From the NCBI GenBank assembly GCA_051294375.1, contig CM119264.1, positions 1,576,522 to 1,640,521 on the forward strand: a DNA stretch of 64,000 bases. Reading direction: 5' to 3'. Positions within the stretch are counted from its first letter, which is position 1, and each line of letters starts with the position of its first letter. A program made the position numbers and the translations under genes. Of the stretch, positions 51,048 through 64,000 are shown piece by piece. The DNA comes from Paraspadella gotoi (taxonomy: Eukaryota > Animalia > Chaetognatha). Below the pieces are notes generated by a model, which saw nothing but the letters and a program-made list of their open reading frames with translations, ran no database searches and was not told where the DNA came from.

Positions 51048-51520
51048 AATGAATTCTCATGAATCACCTCAGAATCACCCCTCAGAATAGCTCATGGAAT
51101 CATCTAATGAATCACCTCATGAATCATCTAATGAATCATCTCATGAATATCTAAAGAATCAGCTAATGGAATCACCTCAAGAATCATTCTAATGAATCAG
51201 CTTCATGAAGTCACCTCATGAATCATCATGAATCATCTCAAGATCAGCTCAAGAATCGTTTCTAATGAATCATCTCGATGAATCATCTAAGAATCATCTA
51301 ATGATCACCTCAAGAATCATCTATAATCAGCTCTATTGAATCATCCTCATGAATCATCTATTGAATCTCTCAAGAAATCAGTCATGAAACATCTAATGAA
51401 TCATTCATGAATCACCTCATAATCATCTAATTTATCAGGCCCGATGAACAACTTCATGAATATCTAAGGATCATCCTCATGATTAATATGAATCAGCTCA
51501 TGAAATCACGTCATGAAATC
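51048..51520. repeat. 12-bp minisatellite ATGAATCA(CCTC/TCTA/GCTC)
   Basis: Roughly 40 tandem units with a constant GAATCA core. Confidence 0.92.
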
Positions 51521-53985
51521 TTCCCTTCTTTCACTTGATATATGAATTAAGATTCGCGTACAAAGTATCGTTTTGCATCGAATTTCTCCTCACGTCTTGA
51601 ATTAATATTATTTCTTCTTTTCGGTGCGAATTTATCTCTCTTCTTTGTTCTATTATTATGTATTCTCTTACCTCTCTTACTTCCTAAAATTCTTCTCATT
51701 CTCCTCACTATCTCTCTCCTCGCCCATCTCTCTCTCCCAATCTGTCTTCCCCATCTCTCTCTCCCATCTCTCTCGCATCTCTCTCTCCCATATCTCTCTC
51801 CATCTCTCTCTCCCATCTCCTCTCTCTCCGATAACTTCCGACCATTACGATTCCATCATCAATGTCTCTCCACCTTTGCTCAGGTTTTGGGCGGAGGACT
51901 CACTTTCGCCCACTTTTTTCTCCCTCACACTTACCTTCGGGATTTCCTTACCCAACTTTTAATATCCATTCACATCGCGAGGTGAAATCTCTCACCTCAC
52001 TTTTTCTCTCTCAAAATTTTCTGACAACTTTTCCCATCAAAACAAATCCGTGTGTCACGCATCACAAGACTTGAGTTTTCCTCAGTGAAAAAAAACGTGA
52101 TGATCATAGGACCTGAATTGCGCTTCACTCACTTTCCCTCTCCGCCGCACGTCGGCAATTAAATTTGGTTCTGGCAATCCATCTTGCTCGCGCCGACCCG
52201 CAGCCGCCGCTGCCGACGACGCAGGATGCCGCCGCTGCCCCTCCTCCTCCTCCTACCTCCTCCCCTCCCTCCTCCTCCGCCCGCCGTCTTCAGCCGGCTC
52301 CACCAACACGACGCAATCAATGTCTCGCAATTTCACCTTTTTCTTTCTTCTTCTTTCTTTCTTCTTCCTTTCTTTCTTTCTTTCCTTCTTTCCTTCTTTC
52401 TTCTGTTTTATTTTAGTTCTATCCCTCAAACTCGCTTAATTTCTTTCTTCTNNNNNNNNNNNNNNNNNNNNNNNNNCCTTTGATCTTCTTCTTCCTCTTC
52501 TTCTTTTTATTTCTTTTCTCTTCTTCTATTTCTTCTTCTTTTTATTTCTTTTCTCTTCTTATCTTTCTTCTTCTTCCTCCACCTTTTTTTAATCGCTCCC
52601 CAATTTCCTCTTCTTGCCTTTTCCTGTCTCCGACTTTCCTCTTTAATTTCCCTCCACCCTCCTTTCCTCTTTGCCATTTCCTCCTTCCCTCCCTCCNNNN
52701 NNNNNNNNNNNNNNNNNNNNNNNNNNNNNNNNNNNNNNNNNNNNNNNNNNNNNNNNNNNNNNNNNNNNNNNNNNNNNNNNNNNNNNNNNNNNNNNNNNNN
52801 NNNNNNNNNNNNNNNNNNNNNNNNNNNNNNNNNNNNNNNNNNNNNNNNNNNNNNNNNNNNNNNNNNNNNNNNNNNNNNNNNNNNNNNNNNNNNNNNNNNN
52901 NNNNNNNNNNNNNNNNNNNNNNNNNNNNNNNNNNNNNNNNNNNNNNNNNNNNNNNNNNNNNNNNNNNNNNNNNNNNNNNNNNNNNNNNNNNNNNNNNNNC
53001 TCCCCCTTTGTCACCCTAGCCCCGAGGGATTCCCCTTTGGAACTCGCTTTAGCAAACAGAGCGACAACAGAAGAATTGAGGCGGAGAAGGAAAAAAANNN
53101 NNNNNNNNNNNNNNNNNNNNNNNNNNNNNNNNNNNNNNNNNNNNNNNNNNNNNNNNNNNNNNNNNNNNNNNNNNNNNNNNNNNNNNNNNNNNNNNNNNNN
53201 NNNNNNNNNNNNNNNNNNNNNNNNNNNNGAGAGAGAGAGAGAGAGAGAGATAGAGCAAAGTTGTCAAAATAAAAATAAAAGGGGAAATAAGTTAAGTCGC
53301 TAACAGTGCAAAAGGCAAAAAAAGATTAGTTTGCCTGATATTTCGATATTTAATATATATTCATTTAAACAATAATGGTCCTTCCAATGTGTTACGCCGC
53401 AGTGACTTTCTTTTCACGTGTATTTCCCAGCGATCACGTGACTTCATAACTGTGAAATATATTTGTTACTAACGTCCTATGGTTCAACTACAAAAACCAA
53501 ATGTAGGCGCAATAGGTGAAGAACTTTGTGATTACTTATCACTTATCACTTATCACTTATCACGTAAGCGTAATATGATTAGATTGGTTATTTCGGTTTG
53601 GTAACAGATTAGGATTAAATATTAAGGGTCAAAATTAGGTTCAGGGATTAAGGAACATATTTTTGGCGCTTTTGGAAAAGAGAGCCCGAATTAACCACAC
53701 ATGAAAAGGACCACGCAACTTTACTTACGATGACATCTTTTAAATCCTCAAATGAAAATTGGCGATCGAAAAAAATGTTAAAATAATTTCTTGTCGAATG
53801 AAAAAAGGGAAGAAAGGAAAAAAGGAAAAAAAAGAAAAGAAAGGAATGAAAAGAAAAAAGAAGGAATGAATGAGTGAATAAAAAGAGAGAGAGAGGGCAA
53901 GAAACATAGAAAATCTCTGCCCATAAATTTCTGTGGGAATACATAGCCGAGGTCGGGTTTATTGAGACTACAAGTGAAAAAGATG

Positions 53986-54018
<33 letters not shown>

Positions 54019-55859
54019 TAAAAGGAGGTTCGCTTTTCTTCTGCCAGTTTAACCCTGACTTTGACCTTGGATCTGACCTCAAAGAAGAGAGAGGAAGTTC
54101 CCTGGTTCCACCGACTCCATCCCAACCCCAATTCCGTGGATCATCGAACCACTATTGAGGAGTTGTGGTTTCTAATTGTGGTTTCTAATTGTGGTCCGGC
54201 TAAGAAAAAAGTTTAAATACGTGATAATTCAATAATTATCTTTAAAAGCTTTTTTTTGAAAATGCAAGTGTGCGGCCACTTGAGCGAACAAGTGCCATGG
54301 GATTTAAGAGAGTTTTTTTGTTTTTTTAGCTAATTGTAGTTAGTGGAGCTCAAAGCTTTTATAATGTTTATGTTTATAAGTTTATATGTTTATAGGTTTT
54401 CGAGCAAATGGAGATTTGATAAGAATTAAGTGTTCACCAATGATCTCTCTGTCAGAAATGGGATGAGATAAAAGGAAGAAATAAAGATGGGATAAAGACA
54501 TTTGGATAAATGGACGAAGACAGTCTAACGTAGAAATGATAAGCAGAAGGAGAAAGGAAGGAGAAAGAGGGAAAGATGGAGATAGGGAGGAGAAAGAGGG
54601 AATGATGGAGAGAGGGAGGAGAAAGAAGGAAAGATGTAGAGAGGGAGAAGAAATAGGGGAAGATGGAGAGAGGGAGGAGAAAGAGGGAGAGAGGGAGGAG
54701 AAAGAGGGAAAGATAGAGAGAGGGAGGAACAAGAGGGAAAGAAGGAGAGAGAGAGGAGAAAAAAGGAAAGATGGAGAGAGGGAGGAGGATGAGGATGAGG
54801 AGGGGGAGTGGAAGAGGAGAAGAAAAATAGAGGAAGTGATGGAGAAAGACGGAGTGGGGAGGAAGAGCGAGAGGAAGAGAAAGAAGAGAAGGAGGAAGAA
54901 AATGAGGTAGAAGATGAAGAGATAGAGGCAGAGGAGGAAGTGAGAGAGGAAGAGGAAGATGAAGAAGAGGATTAAGAGAGAGAGGAAAATAAAAAAGAGA
55001 GGAAGAGGGAGAGGAAGAACAGGAGGAAGAAAGAGAGGAAGAAAGGGACAAAGAAAAGCAGGTAGAAGATAAATAGTGAGAGGAAGAGGAGGAGGAAGAG
55101 GAGGAGGAAAAAGAGAAGAAGAAGAGGAGAAAAAGGGGAAGAAGAAGAGAAAGAGAGGAAGAGGAAAAGAGAGAAGAGAAGGAGGAAAAAGAGAGGAAGA
55201 AGAGGAGGAAAAGAAGAAGACCCAAATTCTTTTCTCATCGAAATTTTTCATGTCTTCACACGAACGACGGACGAAGCGACGGCGAAGGCGGTGAACTCTG
55301 TGAAACGGGAGACTCTGTGAGGCTGTGAGTTCACAGACGGGATGTCGGGATAGTGATAGTGGGAGTGATGGGGCTGGAGGAGAGGGGGGAACTGATGGGG
55401 TGAGGGAGGGATGTGGTACGCTTTCGATGAGGATTGTACGAGAGGCCCTTATTTCAGTCCGGAGAAAAAAGCCTGCTGTAGTAGGATGGCTGCTGCTGGA
55501 GGCTGATGTAGAGAGGACGATTGATGTTGTTGGAGATTGAGATGCGCGATGGAGCGAGGAGGTTATATTGAGTTCAGAGAAAAATCGACGTAAACAGAGA
55601 AAAACGATGAAAACAAAAAAGGAGCAATTTTCATGTAAATAGAAGGAGGAAGAATAAAAAGAAAAGAAAAGAGAAAATTAAAAATTTTTTGAACTTTTTG
55701 ACATTTAAAGAATTGAGACAAACATGCTGGGCGGAGCACAATATAGTATTCCCCGATCTAATATTTAAGGGAGTGGTCTTTTTATACAATTGAAATATTC
55801 TTTGAAATATTATACCACTTCATTGATAGGGAAGCCAGGTACTCTGGAAATGAATTAAC

Positions 55860-56226
55860 GATATTGTGAGAAAGTCTTGATTGAAAGCTTGCAGGGACCT
55901 GTTATGTCATTATCTCTTAAGAGTAAAACCAGCAAAGCCTGTCTAAAGTCAGGAGCAAGAGAGCTTATTTATTAAATGAATGGATAATTTTTATTATATT
56001 GGTTGTACCAAGTTCATATATTTTGGCACTATTTTCCATAAGCAACGGATATCGATTTCTAATTCTTCACCTTAATTCCAACGCTAGCTCTACATCCAAC
56101 ATAAAAAAGTATCCTTTCACTTAATAGCTATCTTGCCCCTGACTTTTGACAGGCTATGGCGCTTTAAGGCCTCCATCACTCTTACAAGATATTGTAAATT
56201 GTAATACCAGGACTCTTTCACAGTCT
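55860..56226. mobile_element. MITE/foldback, family 2 (long imperfect TIRs)
   Basis: AGCCTGTCTAAAGTCAGGAGCAAGAGAG is inverted at CTATCTTGCCCCTGACTTTTGACAGGCT; ends are ATTGTGAGAAAGTC and GACTCTTTCACAGT. Partial copies occur at 49123-49220 and 57672-57750, with core fragments near 2000-2045 and 49600-49640. Confidence 0.7.
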
Positions 56227-57358
56227 ATTTTATTTTCTAACACTTAAAGAATTATGATAATACAAAGAAATAAACTGGTTAAATACTCCTTAACCCAAAA
56301 ATATATACGAAATTCACCAAGAAATGGAATCACAAAAAAAACCAACTGCAAAACGATTAAGTAACCAACTGGAAGGAAAAAAAATTCACAAAAGTTTGTG
56401 AAGAAAGAAAATCCGATGACACGAATCGAGAAAAAAAAAGTGGGGAGGAAGAGGAGGAGGAGGAGGAGGAAGAGGAGGGAGGGTTTCTTCTTTTTTTGAG
56501 GGAGAGTTATTCTTTTTTTTTATCTTTCTTTCTCTTTATTTCTATTTCTTTTCTGTCTCTTTCTATCTCTCTTTCAACCTTCTCTTTCTTTACTTTCTTT
56601 TCTTTACTTCTTAATTTATCGATAGTTTATGAAAATAATAGTTAAATTATATTATCTTCTGTACCTAATAAATGATTGTTGCGTAACATTTTTTTCTAAT
56701 TTCTTCACATATCTTTTTCCGAAATTATATTTTTATCTTCTCCCTTCTTCTTCCGATTCCTTCTTCCAACCGACTCATCCATGATTCGCTTCCTCCCTTT
56801 TCCAACAGCATTTAATTTGCTATTCCATTATCAGTAAGAGGATAACTCGTCGCGCAAAAACCAAAAAAAAAAGCCAAAAAAAAGCAAAATCAATTCCCGA
56901 ATCTAAACTTTTCACAAAACAGAGGACAAAAAAGGGAGAGAAGGGAGAGAAGGGAGAGAAGGGAGAGNNNNNNNNNNNNNNNNNNNNNNNNNNNNNNNNN
57001 NNNNNNNNNNNNNNNNNNNNNNNNNNNNNNNNNNNNNNNNNNNNNNNNNNNNNNNNNNNNNNNNNNNNNNNNNNNNNNNNNNNNNNNNNNNNNNNNNNNN
57101 NNNNNNNNNNNNNNNNNNNNNNNNNNNNNNNNNNNNNNNNNNNNNNNNNNNNNNNNNNNNNNNNNNNNNNNNNNNNNNNNNNNNNNNNNNNNNNNNNNNN
57201 NNNNNNNNNNNNNNNNNNNNNNNNNNNNNNNNNNCATAAAGTTCAATAATTTTGGTAAGGTTTTCACAAAAAGCTACTTAGTTATTTATTTCAATATTTT
57301 TATAATTTTAATCGATATTATGTGGTGGTATTTTCACACCGCCTCACGTCCGTCCCCT

Positions 57359-57537
57359 TGGCTCAGAGGAGGAACGAACCATCCCAGGCGTTGTGTTCCA
57401 TCCACAGTCCTAATGACTTCCATCTGTGTTGGCAAAGCGAGACCGTCCTAGGGACAGGAGGTGTCACTCAGGGTCGGAAGCCCCCAAAGCCAACCGTGAG
57501 ATGCCCCATCCCAATGGGCATCACAGGCAACCCGGCT
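57359..57537. repeat. Dispersed GC-rich ~180-bp repeat, copy 2
   Basis: Collinear with 46919-47100; contains the hairpin GATGCCC...GGGCATC. Confidence 0.85.
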
Positions 57538-58075
57538 ATTGTCATAATTAAGATATTTGGGATGCATGTGGTGGCATTAAATGAATATAATTTTTTTTTA
57601 ATAAAAGAACAGTCTGCTTCTTGTATTCGAGCGCGGAGTACAATTCCCAATTGAATCATACTTTGAATGAACGAGATTGTGAGAGAGTCTTGATTGAAAG
57701 CTTGCAGGGTCATTCTATGTTAGATTTCTTATTTATTGAATGATTGTATCAATTTCATAATATTTGAAACTAATTTCAAAGAAAGAAGTAACTTTTTTCT
57801 CGCTTTTCTGCTTTTAGTTTCCACGCGATTTTTTCGCGGCTTCTCGCCTGAGCGAAAGGTTAATCAGGATTCCACAGTTTTTGAGCTCTCTCTCTCTCTC
57901 TCTCTAATATCTGAAATAATTTCAAAGACAAGAACTAACTTATTTCGCATTTTCTGCTTTTATTTCACGCGATTTTTTCCTGTCTCGCTGAGGGCAAAGG
58001 TTATCAGGATCACAGTTTATTGGAGTCTCTCTCTCTCATCTTTTCTTCCTCCTCTCTCTCTCTCTCTTTTCTCTA

Positions 58076-58128
<53 letters not shown>

Positions 58129-58399
58129 TCTCCCTGGTAGGGACCAAGAGAAACCTAATCATAAAAGCGAAGAATAAGAAAAAGGAAAATGTTGAATGAC
58201 GACGACNNNNNNNNNNNNNNNNNNNNNNNNNACGACGACGACGACGACGACGACGACGACAATAATGTGGAACGAGAGAAGCATAAAGAGGAAAACGAAC
58301 AAAGATTTTCTTTCTCTTCCGGAATCTTATCTTTTTTTCTTTTCTTTTCTTTTCTTTTGATTTTTTTTTCTTTCTTCTGATTTCTTTTCTTTTCTTTTC

Positions 58400-58660
58400 T
58401 CTTTTCTTTTCTTTTCTTTTCTTTTCTTTTCTTTTCTTTTCTTTTCTTTTCTTTTCTTTTCTTTTCTTTTCTTTTCTTTTCTTTTCTTTTTTTCTTTTCT
58501 CTTCTTTTCTTTTTTTTCCTTTTATTTTCTATTCTTTTCTTTTCTTTTATTTTTGTTTCTTTTCTTGTCTTTTCTTGTCTTTTCTTTTCTTTTCTTTTCT
58601 TTTCTTTTCTTTTCTTTTCTTTTCTTTTCTTTTCTTTTCTTTTCTTTTCTTTTCTTTTCG
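58400..58660. repeat. (TTTTC)n microsatellite
   Basis: Direct inspection. Confidence 0.95.
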
Positions 58661-59061
58661 TTTATTTAAACGAAATCCAAAGACTTCACCGCCAACTTTT
58701 CTCTCAACTTTTCATCTATAATCTATAATTCAACTTTATAATTATTTTGAAAATAACTAATGCAACACGAAATATTACTGGCACACATTTTTTTATAGTA
58801 TATTAAGATAGAGTTTCTAGCACTTATAAATGTGATAATACCACGTATAAAGCAGAATACGACAATGAATTTATAAATTCCAAAAAAAATAATACGCTCA
58901 TATTAGATTTTGCGCATTATATTACTTACCCTGCGCTATTATCACCTCCTAGCAACAATAGAAGGTGTGAATATCCCTCACTACGTCCTAAGTCAATTCA
59001 CATTTTCCTCCTCATTCCAACTCACTGAAACATTTTCGTGGCCCGTTTCTATCACCGCCCA

Positions 59062-59192
59062 ATTATTTGCTTTAGTTTAATCTTTTATTCTTTTCTAAAC
59101 TCAACTAATTTGCTTTAGTTTAATCTTTTATTCCTATTTAAACTCAATTAATTTGCTTTAGTTTAATATTTTATTCTTTTCTAAACTCAACT
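59062..59192. repeat. ~44-bp tandem repeat, three copies
   Basis: TTTGCTTTAGTTTAAT-TTTTATTC--TT-TAAACTCAA occurs three times. Confidence 0.85.
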
Positions 59193-59391
59193 CTTTTTCT
59201 CCTTTCTCTTTTTCAAGTGGTTGACTGTCGTCGCTTGCGTTCGACATCCGCGTTGCCACTAAAGAAAATTAACCTCTTTTCTCTCAATACGTTCTATCTT
59301 ATTGGGTTTACTTTACATTCCCTACCAAGATTTGTTAATTTATTTTTTAATAAACTCTTTCATTCTTTCACTTTCCTTGCTGACGATGACT

Positions 59392-59530
59392 AACGGGTCC
59401 TCGGCTTGGAACCACGCCCCCAAGGTGATTCGACGCTCGTCCTTGCACTTCCCGAAGGGGTAGGTACCGGGTTGGGATTGAACCCGGTACTTAGTGGTCA
59501 TGAGGCGATGGCTTTACTCAATGAGCCACC
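59392..59530 (-). mobile_element. tRNA-derived SINE, same family
   Basis: Reverse complement reads GGTGGCTCATTGAGTAAAGCCATCGCCTCATGACCACTAAGTACCGGGTTCAATCCCAACCCGG...GGACCCGTT. Confidence 0.8.
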
Positions 59531-61688
59531 TCCTTTTCAAGTTTCACCACAAAGTCACTTTATTTCCGAAACTTCTCTTTCACACAAACCCCTTAATAGT
59601 AATCATTAATGACCTCTAACTCAATATTAACTTTACATTTCAACCTTCACTTTTCTCACTCGCCTCTCCCCTGAGAGAGAGGAGAGAGAGAGAGAGAGGA
59701 GAGAGAGAGANNNNNNNNNNNNNNNNNNNNNNNNNNNNNNNNNNNNNNNNNNNNNNNNNNNNNNNNNNNNNNNNNNNNNNNNNNNNNNNNNNNNNNNNNN
59801 NNNNNNNNNNNNNNNNNNNNNNNNNNNNNNNNNNNNNNNNNNNNNNNNNNNNNNNNNNNNNNNNNNNNNNNNNNNNNNNNNNNNNNNNNNNNNNNNNNNN
59901 NNNNNNNNNNNNNNNNNNNNNNNNNNNNNNNNNNNNNNNNNNNNNNNNNNNNNNNNNNNNNNNNNNNNNNNNNNNNNNNNNNNNNNNNNNNNNNNNNNNN
60001 NNNNNNNNNNNNNNNNNNNNNNNNNNNNNNNNNNNNNNNNNNNNNNNNNNNNNNNNNNNNNNNNNNNNNNNNNNNNNNNNNNNNNNNNNNNNNNNNNNNN
60101 NNNNNNNNNNNNNNNNNNNNNNNNNNNNNNNNNNNNNNNNNNNNNNNNNNNNNNNNNNNNNNNNNNNNNNNNNNNNNNNNNNNNNNNNNNNNNNNNNNNN
60201 NNNNNNNNNNNNNNNNNNNNNNNNNNNNNNNNNNNNNNNNNNNNNNNNNNNNNNNNNNNNNNNNNNNNNNNNNNNNNNNNNNNNNNNNNNNNNNNNNNNN
60301 NNNNNNNNNNNNNNNNNNNNNNNNNNNNNNNNNNNNNNNNNNNNNNNNNNNNNNNNNNNNNNNNNNNNNNNNNNNNNNNNNNNNNNNNNNNNNNNNNNNN
60401 NNNNNNNNNNNNNNNNNNNNNNNNNNNNNNNNNNNNNNNNNNNNNNNNNNNNNNNNNNNNNNNNNNNNNNNNNNNNNNNNNNNNNNNNNNNNNNNNNNNN
60501 NNNNNNNNNNNNNNNNNNNNNNNNNNNNNNNNNNNNNNNNNNNNNNNNNNNNNNNNNNNNNNNNNNNNNNNNNNNNNNNNNNNNNNNNNNNNNNNNNNNN
60601 NNNNNNNNNNNNNNNNNNNNNNNNNNNNTTCGTACTCTTCTCTCCCTGCTTCCCCCTCCCCCTCCTCTCCTTTTCCTTCACCTCTCCCTTCTCCCCTTCC
60701 CTTCCCCACCTCTCTCTCCCTCCTCATTCTCTCCCCCTTTCCCTTACCTCCCCTCCCCCCTCCCCTTCCCTCTCCTTCTCCCTCTCTTTCCCTATCCCCC
60801 TCTTCTCTCCCTCCTCATTTTCCCCCTTTCCTCCTCTCATCTCCCTTCCCCCATCCCATCTCCTTTCCCGCCCCTTCCTCCATTCTTCCTTTTATTTTTT
60901 GTATTCCCTCATTCCCTTCCCTTTCCTTACCTCCCCTCCCTCTCTATTTATATCCCTATTCCCTTCCCCTCCACTCAATTCCGCTCATTCCCTTCCCCCT
61001 TCCCTTCCCTCCTCTTCCCTCTCTATTAATATCTCCCCTTTTCCTCCCCCTTCCCCCCTCCCCCTCTCCTCCCCTTCTCCCTCTCTTCTCCTTCTCCCCT
61101 TCCTTCCCGCCTCCCCGTCTCCTTCTCCATCTCTATTCTCTCCCCCTCCTTCCTCCCTCCTACCCCTCTCTCCCTTCTTCCTGTCCCCACCCTCCCATCT
61201 CCCATCATCTCCTAATCTCCTCATCCCTTCCCCCTCCGTCTCTCTCATCTCTAATCTCCCCTTCCTCCCCTGCCCCTCTCTCCTCATTCACTATTCCCTC
61301 CACGCTCCTCACTCCTCCTATTCTCTCCCTTCCTCACCCTCCCACCCTTCTCCATCTTCCCTTCCCCTCCCTCCCCTTCCCCTCCTTTTCACTCCCCTCT
61401 CTCCTTTCCTCCCTCATCCTCTTCACCCTTTCCTCCTTTTCCAGTCGCGCTATCAAATCAGTAAATTGGCTACTTAACGTTTCTTCCTCTTTTTTCTCTC
61501 CGCCCAAAATTGGAAGTTTTCACAAAACCAACTTACTTGACAGAGAGAGATTAAAGAAAGAGATGAGAGAGAGAGAGAGATAGAGAGAAGAGAGAGAGAG
61601 AGAACCAAAGATACTTAAGAGAATAGTAAGAATTCCAATCTAGCATTTTCTTTGTAGTCGGCTATGCATAAGTAAACCACCATAATCA

Positions 61689-61835
61689 GGCGTGACCCGG
61701 TGGCTCATTTACTAAAGCCATCAGCTTACATGACGCAATTAGGTATGGGTTTCATCCACACGCCCAGATCCGCTGCCGAAGCGTAGAATGACCGCAAAGC
61801 CGCGATTCCAATCAGCGGAGGCACGTTCCATGGAA
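61689..61835 (+). mobile_element. tRNA-derived SINE, same family (noisy copy)
   Basis: GGCGTGACCCGGTGGCTCATTTACTAAAGCCATC head. Confidence 0.7.
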
Positions 61836-62532
61836 TGCAAGAGGTGGTATAGAAGTATAAGGAAGTCATTTCGCACGACGCAGCCTTTTCCTTTTCTTTC
61901 TTTTTAAATGAGATCTTAATGCTAATACAAACAAAAGTAATAAAAATTTTTTAAAAATTATAGTAAAAAATTTATATAAAATTTTAGAATTCAAAGTCGC
62001 TGTAAACGATAACCAGAAATTGATCGGGGAGAAAAAAAAAAGACAGGAAAAACGTTGAAAAGAAATAGAAACATAAAAAGAGAAAACTTTTTGGCGTCAA
62101 AAGTGAGAAGAAAAAGAAAAAAGAGAAAAAAAAACAAAAATAAAGAATCTTAATAGCGTTCGTGACCATTAGACTGAATGCGTATGCCACGAGAAATCAA
62201 CTCAATACCCACGCAAGTATTCTTTTTGTCCCAAACCTTTTTTTTCGTCACCCTAGTGGTCTCGCTCTCTAGTCCGCTCATCTGTCAATCCCCAGCTTAG
62301 CACTTCACTTTTGTGACAATTGCCACCTAGCCAATCACTCAGTGACTATTGGCCACCTAGCGCAATTCAATCTCTTGTGACTATTCCATCCAACCATCAT
62401 CTTTCTCCCAGTCAAGTTATCACTGAATCTCTCTCTCTAGAGAGAGAGCCAAAGATACTTAAGAGATAGTAAGAGAATTCCCATTCTACGATCTTCTTTG
62501 TAGTCGGGCATTGCATAAGTAAAACACCTTCA

Positions 62533-62680
62533 GGCGTGACCCGGTGGCTCATTTACTAAAGCCATCAGCTCATGACCATTAGGTACTGGGTTCCATCCCA
62601 ACCCGGCACCTACCCTGCGGGAAGCGTGAGGATGACCGCAAGCCCGGTTCCAATCGCAGGGACCCGTTCCATGGATGCAA
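62533..62680 (+). mobile_element. tRNA-derived SINE, same family
   Basis: GGTGGCTCATT...GGGTTCCATCCCAACCCGG...GGGAAG...GGACCCGTT, collinear with the 59.4-kb copy. Confidence 0.75.
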
Positions 62681-64000
62681 GAGGTGGTTATAGAAGTTAA
62701 GGAGAGTCATTTTCGGCACACGCAGCGCCTTTTCCTTTTCCTTTTTTTAAAATGTAGATACTTATGCAATAACAAACAAAATGTAATAAAAAAGTTTTTT
62801 AAAAATTTAGTGAGAGAAAATTTATATAAAATTTTTAGATTCAGTCGCTGTAAATCGACTTAACCAAGAAATTGTCGCGGGAGAAAAAAAGAAAAAGAAG
62901 GAGAAAACGTGAAAGAGAAAATGAAATAAAAAGAGAAACTTTTTTGCGTCAAAAGTGAGAAAAAGAAAAAGAAAAAGAGAAAAAAAAAACAAAAGATAAA
63001 GAATCTTAATGCGTTCGTCCATTAGACTGAATCGTTGCCCGAGAAATCAACTCATCCCACGCAAAGTATCTTCTTTGTCCCAAACCCTTTTTTCGTCACC
63101 CTAGTGTCTCGCTCTCTGTCGCTCTCGGTCAATCCCCAGCTTAGCACTTTCTCTCTTGTGACTATTGCCACCCTAGCCAATCATCTCTTGTGACTATTGC
63201 CACCCTAGCCAATCATCTCTTGTGACTATTGCCATCCAAGCCAATCATCTCTTCCTCGCCCAGTCAAGTTCTCACTGTCACTTTTAGCACTCACCCTTCC
63301 TAATAACCTTTTACACGCGCCTGTAACACTCACGCTCGCTTATCGCACATACCCTTCTCACTGACTTTACACATTCACTTTTCACACACGCCTTTCACAC
63401 TTTTTTTAACACTTGTATTTACACTCACCTTTAACACTCTCCTTTCACACTCGCTTTCCATTTAAATATACATCTTTTCCTCAATTCACTGTCACCTCTA
63501 AAACTCACTCGCCCACTTCATTCACGATCAACTCCCTTAGTCTTTCCACTGTTTTCTTTCATCTTCCTCCTCCCTTCTCCCCTCCTTCCCCCACTCTCCA
63601 CCCCCTTTACCTCCCTCGTATTCCCCCTTCCCTCCCCTTATTTCCTCCTCCCTCTCCTCCCTCCTTTTCCTCCCCACTTCCTCCCCTTCTTCCCCCTTTT
63701 CCTCCCCCTCTCCTCCCATTCCTATCTCCTTCTTCCCCCTTCCCCCCTCTCCTCCCCCACTCCTCCCCCTTGCTCCCCTCTCCTCTTCCCCCTTCCTCTC
63801 TTCTTTTCCTCCCTTCCTCCCCCTCTCCTCCCCTTCTCTCTCCTTCTTCCCCCTTTCTCCCCTCTCCTCCCCTTCCTCTCTTCTTTCCTCCCTTCCTCCC
63901 CCTCTCCTCCCCATTCCTCTCTCTTTCTCCCCCTTCCTCCCCTCCTTCTTCCCCGCTCCTTCTTAATTCTATTTTCCTTTATTTTCGCTCCCACCAAAAT

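Larger units (their letters stand above)
61598..63277 (+). repeat. Tandem duplication of ~840 bp (61598-62426 and 62444-63277)
   Basis: Both units run from CCAAAGATACTTAAGAG to CCAGTCAAGTT-TCACTG and contain the SINE and a ~32-bp TCTCTTGTGACTATTGCCACCCTAGCCAATCA repeat. They differ mainly by indels. Confidence 0.9.

Noticed and set aside
57440-57537. 7SL/SRP RNA similarity
   Set aside because: Only short scattered word matches on different strands; the conserved SRP helix 8 context is absent.
59633-60727. ORFs spanning N runs (also at 3.2-8.1, 11.7, 31.6, 52.5 and 56.9 kb)
   Set aside because: Their length comes from unknown bases.

Overview
Repeat-rich eukaryotic DNA, probably from an invertebrate animal, in a draft assembly. 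It has many N gaps, including several of about 25 N next to indel-noisy sequence that looks like uncorrected long-read fill. No intact, recognisable host gene is present, and nearly all supplied ORFs come from microsatellites, purine/pyrimidine tracts or N runs. Supportable content: (1) a frameshifted Ty3/Gypsy-type LTR retrotransposon on the minus strand (5' LTR, PBS, gag, protease, RT with YVDD), cut by a gap; (2) a second, related LTR near 49.3 kb with no internal region; (3) a ~4.2-kb non-autonomous hAT-like element with CAGGG termini and an 8-bp TSD, plus an inverted partial copy hosting the Gypsy element; (4) a tRNA-derived SINE family, two MITE families, a 31/32-bp satellite and many mini/microsatellites; (5) two degraded, apparently spliced gene-like islands of unknown identity. 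The most unusual observation is that both LTRs abut ~41-48 nt copied from the 3' half of a tRNA-Leu (variable arm, T arm, acceptor strand), much longer than the usual <=18-nt PBS. Both copies begin at the same tRNA position, but their acceptor stems differ.
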